From contig DDZS01000019.1 of assembly GCA_002346425.1 (NCBI GenBank), positions 4,860 to 68,859 on the forward strand: a stretch of DNA of 64,000 bases. Direction: 5' to 3'. This DNA comes from Alphaproteobacteria bacterium UBA3002 (GTDB taxonomy: Bacteria > Pseudomonadota > Alphaproteobacteria > Rickettsiales > UBA3002). Positions 61,299 to 64,000 of the stretch are shown here, piece after piece. The notes beneath the pieces were generated by a model, which did no database searches, was not told where the DNA came from, and worked only from the letters and a program-made list of their open reading frames with translations. A program made the position numbers and the translations under genes. Every line of letters begins with the position of its first letter. Positions within the stretch are counted from its first letter, which is position 1.

Positions 61299-62033
61299 AT
61301 GGACACACTTCCCGTTATCGGCTTCATTCTGGATCACGAAACCGCGCCGACCTATTCGAAATTACCGTGGTATGCCATGCGCGAGAATTACCTGCATGCG
61401 GTGGTACCTTATGGTGGTTTGCCGATCGCCTTACCTTACGTGTTCGATCAGGTAGATGCTTATCTGGATCGCATTGATGCGTTAGTTGTGATCGGTGGCG
61501 ACTTCGATATCGACCCGAAACTATATGGCGTCAACGAAAGCCATGAGCGGATCATGCTCAAACCAACACGTACCGATTTTGAATTAGCGATGTGCCGGCA
61601 AGCGCTAGAGAGGCAGATGCCGATTCTAGGCATTTGTGGGGGGCAGCAGGCGCTTAACGTTGCCTGTGGTGGCTCACTGATGCTGCATATACCGGATTAT
61701 GTGCAAAGCGAGATTGAACATGAACAGCCCAATCCGCGCAACGAAGTGGGGCACAGCGTTCAGGTAAAACAGGGCAGTTTGCTGCATCGATTGGTGGGCG
61801 CCAATGAAATCGGTGTCAACAGTGCGCATCATCAGGCGGTGTTGCAATGCGCCCCCTCTCTCGTGGTGAGCGGTACCGCGCCGGATGGTATTATTGAAGC
61901 CATCGAACATCCCGAACATCCTTATTGTCTGGGGGTGCAATGGCATCCGGAATATCATGTGACCGGTGCGGACGATAAGATTTGGGAAGGCTTTGTCAAC
62001 GCCGCCAAACATTATCAAGCGAGCAACGCATAA
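61299..62033 (+). CDS. peptidase C26 / gamma-glutamyl-gamma-aminobutyrate hydrolase-like class I amidotransferase
   Basis: 244 aa. GICGGQQALNV (nucleophile Cys), HHQAV, GVQWHPE. Confidence 0.85.
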   Translation: MDTLPVIGFILDHETAPTYSKLPWYAMRENYLHAVVPYGGLPIALPYVFDQVDAYLDRIDALVVIGGDFDIDPKLYGVNESHERIMLKPTRTDFELAMCRQALERQMPILGICGGQQALNVACGGSLMLHIPDYVQSEIEHEQPNPRNEVGHSVQVKQGSLLHRLVGANEIGVNSAHHQAVLQCAPSLVVSGTAPDGIIEAIEHPEHPYCLGVQWHPEYHVTGADDKIWEGFVNAAKHYQASNA

Positions 62034-62779
62034 TGTCGGGTACGATTCGCATCGCCAAATATATTTCCCAATGCGGTGTCTGTTCGCGGCGCGATGCCGA
62101 GCGGTTGATCGAAAAAGGGCAGGTGAAGCTGAATGGCACCGTGATCGATTCACCAGTGCATTTTGTTGGACCACAAGACAAAGTGATCGTGAATGGCAAA
62201 ACAGTGGCGCTGGATACCAAGCCCCGGATGTGGCTCTTTCATAAACCGACCGGTTTGATTACCACGCATGACGATCCGCAGGGACGGCCGACGGTGTTTG
62301 ATCATCTGCCGAAGGAACTGCCGCGGGTGATCTCAATCGGACGTTTGGACCTGAATAGCGAAGGTTTATTATTGCTGACCAATAGCGGCGCGCTGGCGCA
62401 TTATCTCGAGCATCCGGAAACCGGATGGGCGCGGAAATACCGTGTGCGCATGCATGGATTTCCGAGCGAAGACTACTGCCGCCAGCTGAAAAAAGGCATT
62501 GAGATTGATGGGGTGCAATATCGCGGCATCAGCGTCAAGCGCGAGCATGATGCGCCGACCGGTGCCAATGTCTGGGCATTGGTCACGCTTACGGAAGGGA
62601 AAAACCGAGAAATTCGCCGCGTGTTTGAACATGTCGGCTGCCCGGTCAGCCGTTTGATTCGTATCTCCTATGGCCCGTTTCAACTGGGTGGCTTGAAAGA
62701 AGGAGAGGTGAAACCCGTCAGCACCGATGCGTTGAAAAATGCCGTAGGCAAGAAGTGGAGCGAGATATGCGCATCATAG
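62033..62779 (+). CDS. pseudouridine synthase, RsuA/RluB family
   Basis: ATG 62033 forms a TAATG overlap with the previous stop. 248 aa, S4 domain RIAKYISQCGVCSRRDAERLI, catalytic GRLDLNSEGLLLLTN. Confidence 0.88.
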   Translation: MSGTIRIAKYISQCGVCSRRDAERLIEKGQVKLNGTVIDSPVHFVGPQDKVIVNGKTVALDTKPRMWLFHKPTGLITTHDDPQGRPTVFDHLPKELPRVISIGRLDLNSEGLLLLTNSGALAHYLEHPETGWARKYRVRMHGFPSEDYCRQLKKGIEIDGVQYRGISVKREHDAPTGANVWALVTLTEGKNREIRRVFEHVGCPVSRLIRISYGPFQLGGLKEGEVKPVSTDALKNAVGKKWSEICAS

Positions 62780-63318
62780 CCGGTCAATACAAAGGTAAAC
62801 GCTTGAATGTGCCCGAAGGCGGTGACATTCGCCCTACCAGTGAGCGCGCGCGTGAGTCCTTATTTAACATTTTGGAGCATGGTTTAGAAGCGGATGTCTT
62901 ACGAGATGAACGCGTGCTCGATCTGTGTTGCGGCACCGGAGCGCTCGGCCTAGAAGCCCTTTCGCGCGGGGCGGTACATGCCACCTTTGTCGATAATAAC
63001 CAGCAAGCCGTTGGCCTGACTAAGAAAAACATCGCAGCGCTGGGAGCGCAAAGCAAAAGTGATGTGGTGCTTGCCAATGCTGTACAGCTACCTGCTGCAA
63101 AAGCCCCGGTGGCACTGGTGCTGACCGACCCGCCCTATCACGCCAATTTATTCGCGCCGATGGTGGAAAGTATGAAACATAGTGGCTGGCTGCGCAAAGG
63201 CACGATTTTGAGTATGGAACAGGACAAACGCAACGCGATGCCTGAAATCGCGGGCCTTAGCCTGGTTAAAGACCGTACCTATGGCAAAACGCGATTGTGC
63301 TTATTTGAAGTTGATTAA
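62767..63318 (+). CDS. rsmD: 16S rRNA (guanine966-N2)-methyltransferase RsmD
   Basis: ATG 62767 gives 183 aa. MRIIAGQYKGKRL, IRPTSERARESLFN, DPPY. Confidence 0.9.
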   Translation: MRIIAGQYKGKRLNVPEGGDIRPTSERARESLFNILEHGLEADVLRDERVLDLCCGTGALGLEALSRGAVHATFVDNNQQAVGLTKKNIAALGAQSKSDVVLANAVQLPAAKAPVALVLTDPPYHANLFAPMVESMKHSGWLRKGTILSMEQDKRNAMPEIAGLSLVKDRTYGKTRLCLFEVD

Positions 63319-63320
63319 CC

Positions 63321-64000
63321 CTATTGGCTGCGGCCCATGTCTGCGCCGCGACCGGCGGACTGACCGAGCGCGCTTTCGACATATTTCCCGGCTAAATTCA
63401 TCCCCTCGCCGGCGAGCTTTTTGACAATATCTTTGGACGCTTCATAGACCGCCAGCCGCGAGGTGACATAATGCGTATGTGCGGTATCCAGCCCGCGCTT
63501 TTCGTCTTCCAATTTCTTCTCAAACTGCTGCAGCTTCACAATGAGCTGATCGGCCTGCTGATGGTAAATGGTCTGCCCGGCAATCGCCATCTGGATATAT
63601 TCGCGCATCGCGTCATATTCCAGTTCTTCAATAATCGCCATCGCCTCTTCCTTGATGAGCTGTCCATTGGCGAGTTTTTTCAACACATCTTCGACCACGG
63701 CGATTTCTTCGACCGTCGCATCGATCTCATCTTCCCGACTATGGAAATTCATATCTGCTACCTCAGCGAACAACGCGGCAAACAGCACGGTGTAATCTTT
63801 ATACAATTGCGCTAAATCGCTTCGCGTCGCGCGGTCCATTGAGCGGAAATGGCCTGCTTCCGCGCCAGTTGCCAAGGCATCGCCAGTCGATTGCTGCGCG
63901 CCCATATTGCGCTTGCCCATCGGTTTCGCCTGCGCCTGCCGTAATTGCGACAGGTCATAAGCCAGATGCTCTACCGAAAGGCGACTGTCTTTGGCGTGCA
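63321..64000 (-). CDS. hypothetical coiled-coil protein (possibly partial; the frame stays open to the window edge)
   Basis: The track start is Met at 63920, but the same frame reads on without a stop to position 64000 (..HAKDSRLSVEHLAYDLSQLRQAQAKP-MGKRN..). Heptad-like Glu/Lys/Gln-rich sequence. No family recognised. Confidence 0.5.
   Translation of the reverse strand, partial: HAKDSRLSVEHLAYDLSQLRQAQAKPMGKRNMGAQQSTGDALATGAEAGHFRSMDRATRSDLAQLYKDYTVLFAALFAEVADMNFHSREDEIDATVEEIAVVEDVLKKLANGQLIKEEAMAIIEELEYDAMREYIQMAIAGQTIYHQQADQLIVKLQQFEKKLEDEKRGLDTAHTHYVTSRLAVYEASKDIVKKLAGEGMNLAGKYVESALGQSAGRGADMGRSQ

Overview
The window is a compact, almost entirely housekeeping stretch of a chromosome whose gene order looks alphaproteobacterial, and it includes the partition locus. 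No taxon can be proven from sequence alone.

Gene content, left to right:
- qor-like (partial), mnmE-mnmG-rsmG-parA-parB, then holA-lptE-leuS-DUF3576 on the minus strand.
- A porin, yggS, and the F1 ATP synthase genes atpHAGDC.
- priA, tal, DUF484-xerC, and a minus-strand block of three unrecognised genes plus a UmuC-like Y-family polymerase.
- tRNA-Ser(UGA), tag, a glutathione peroxidase, and a ResB/CcsA/TlpA (System II) cytochrome c biogenesis cluster.
- A cytochrome c-NfeD-stomatin operon, kdsB, adenosine kinase, ampG, hemF, trmL, and petABC (bc1 complex).
- uppP, murJ, a Ca/Na antiporter, secF, ribF, lspA, a DUF3035 lipoprotein, and two M16 peptidases.
- pgi, mutL, a GT4/CapD polysaccharide pair, purH, motAB, a C26 peptidase, a pseudouridine synthase, rsmD, and a partial coiled-coil ORF.

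I saw no CRISPR array, IS element, transposase, prophage gene, rRNA or recognisable defence system.

The points most worth a second look:
1. Four parS sites sit inside the mnmG and rsmG reading frames.
2. The tRNA-Ser 3' end plus its terminator is duplicated 152 bp downstream.
3. A dispersed intergenic repeat of about 75 nt has a covarying hairpin upstream of it.
4. An orphan three-gene operon ends in a hydrolase that lacks a canonical start codon before its HG motif.
5. System II cytochrome c maturation occurs in an alpha-type genome context.
6. The bc1 complex is unusual: cytochrome b has an insertion with a CxxC pair, and the Rieske box II reads CPCHFS.

I cannot point to a clearly novel multi-gene system. 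All starts are inferred by eye from the ORF track plus alignment to remembered family N-termini.
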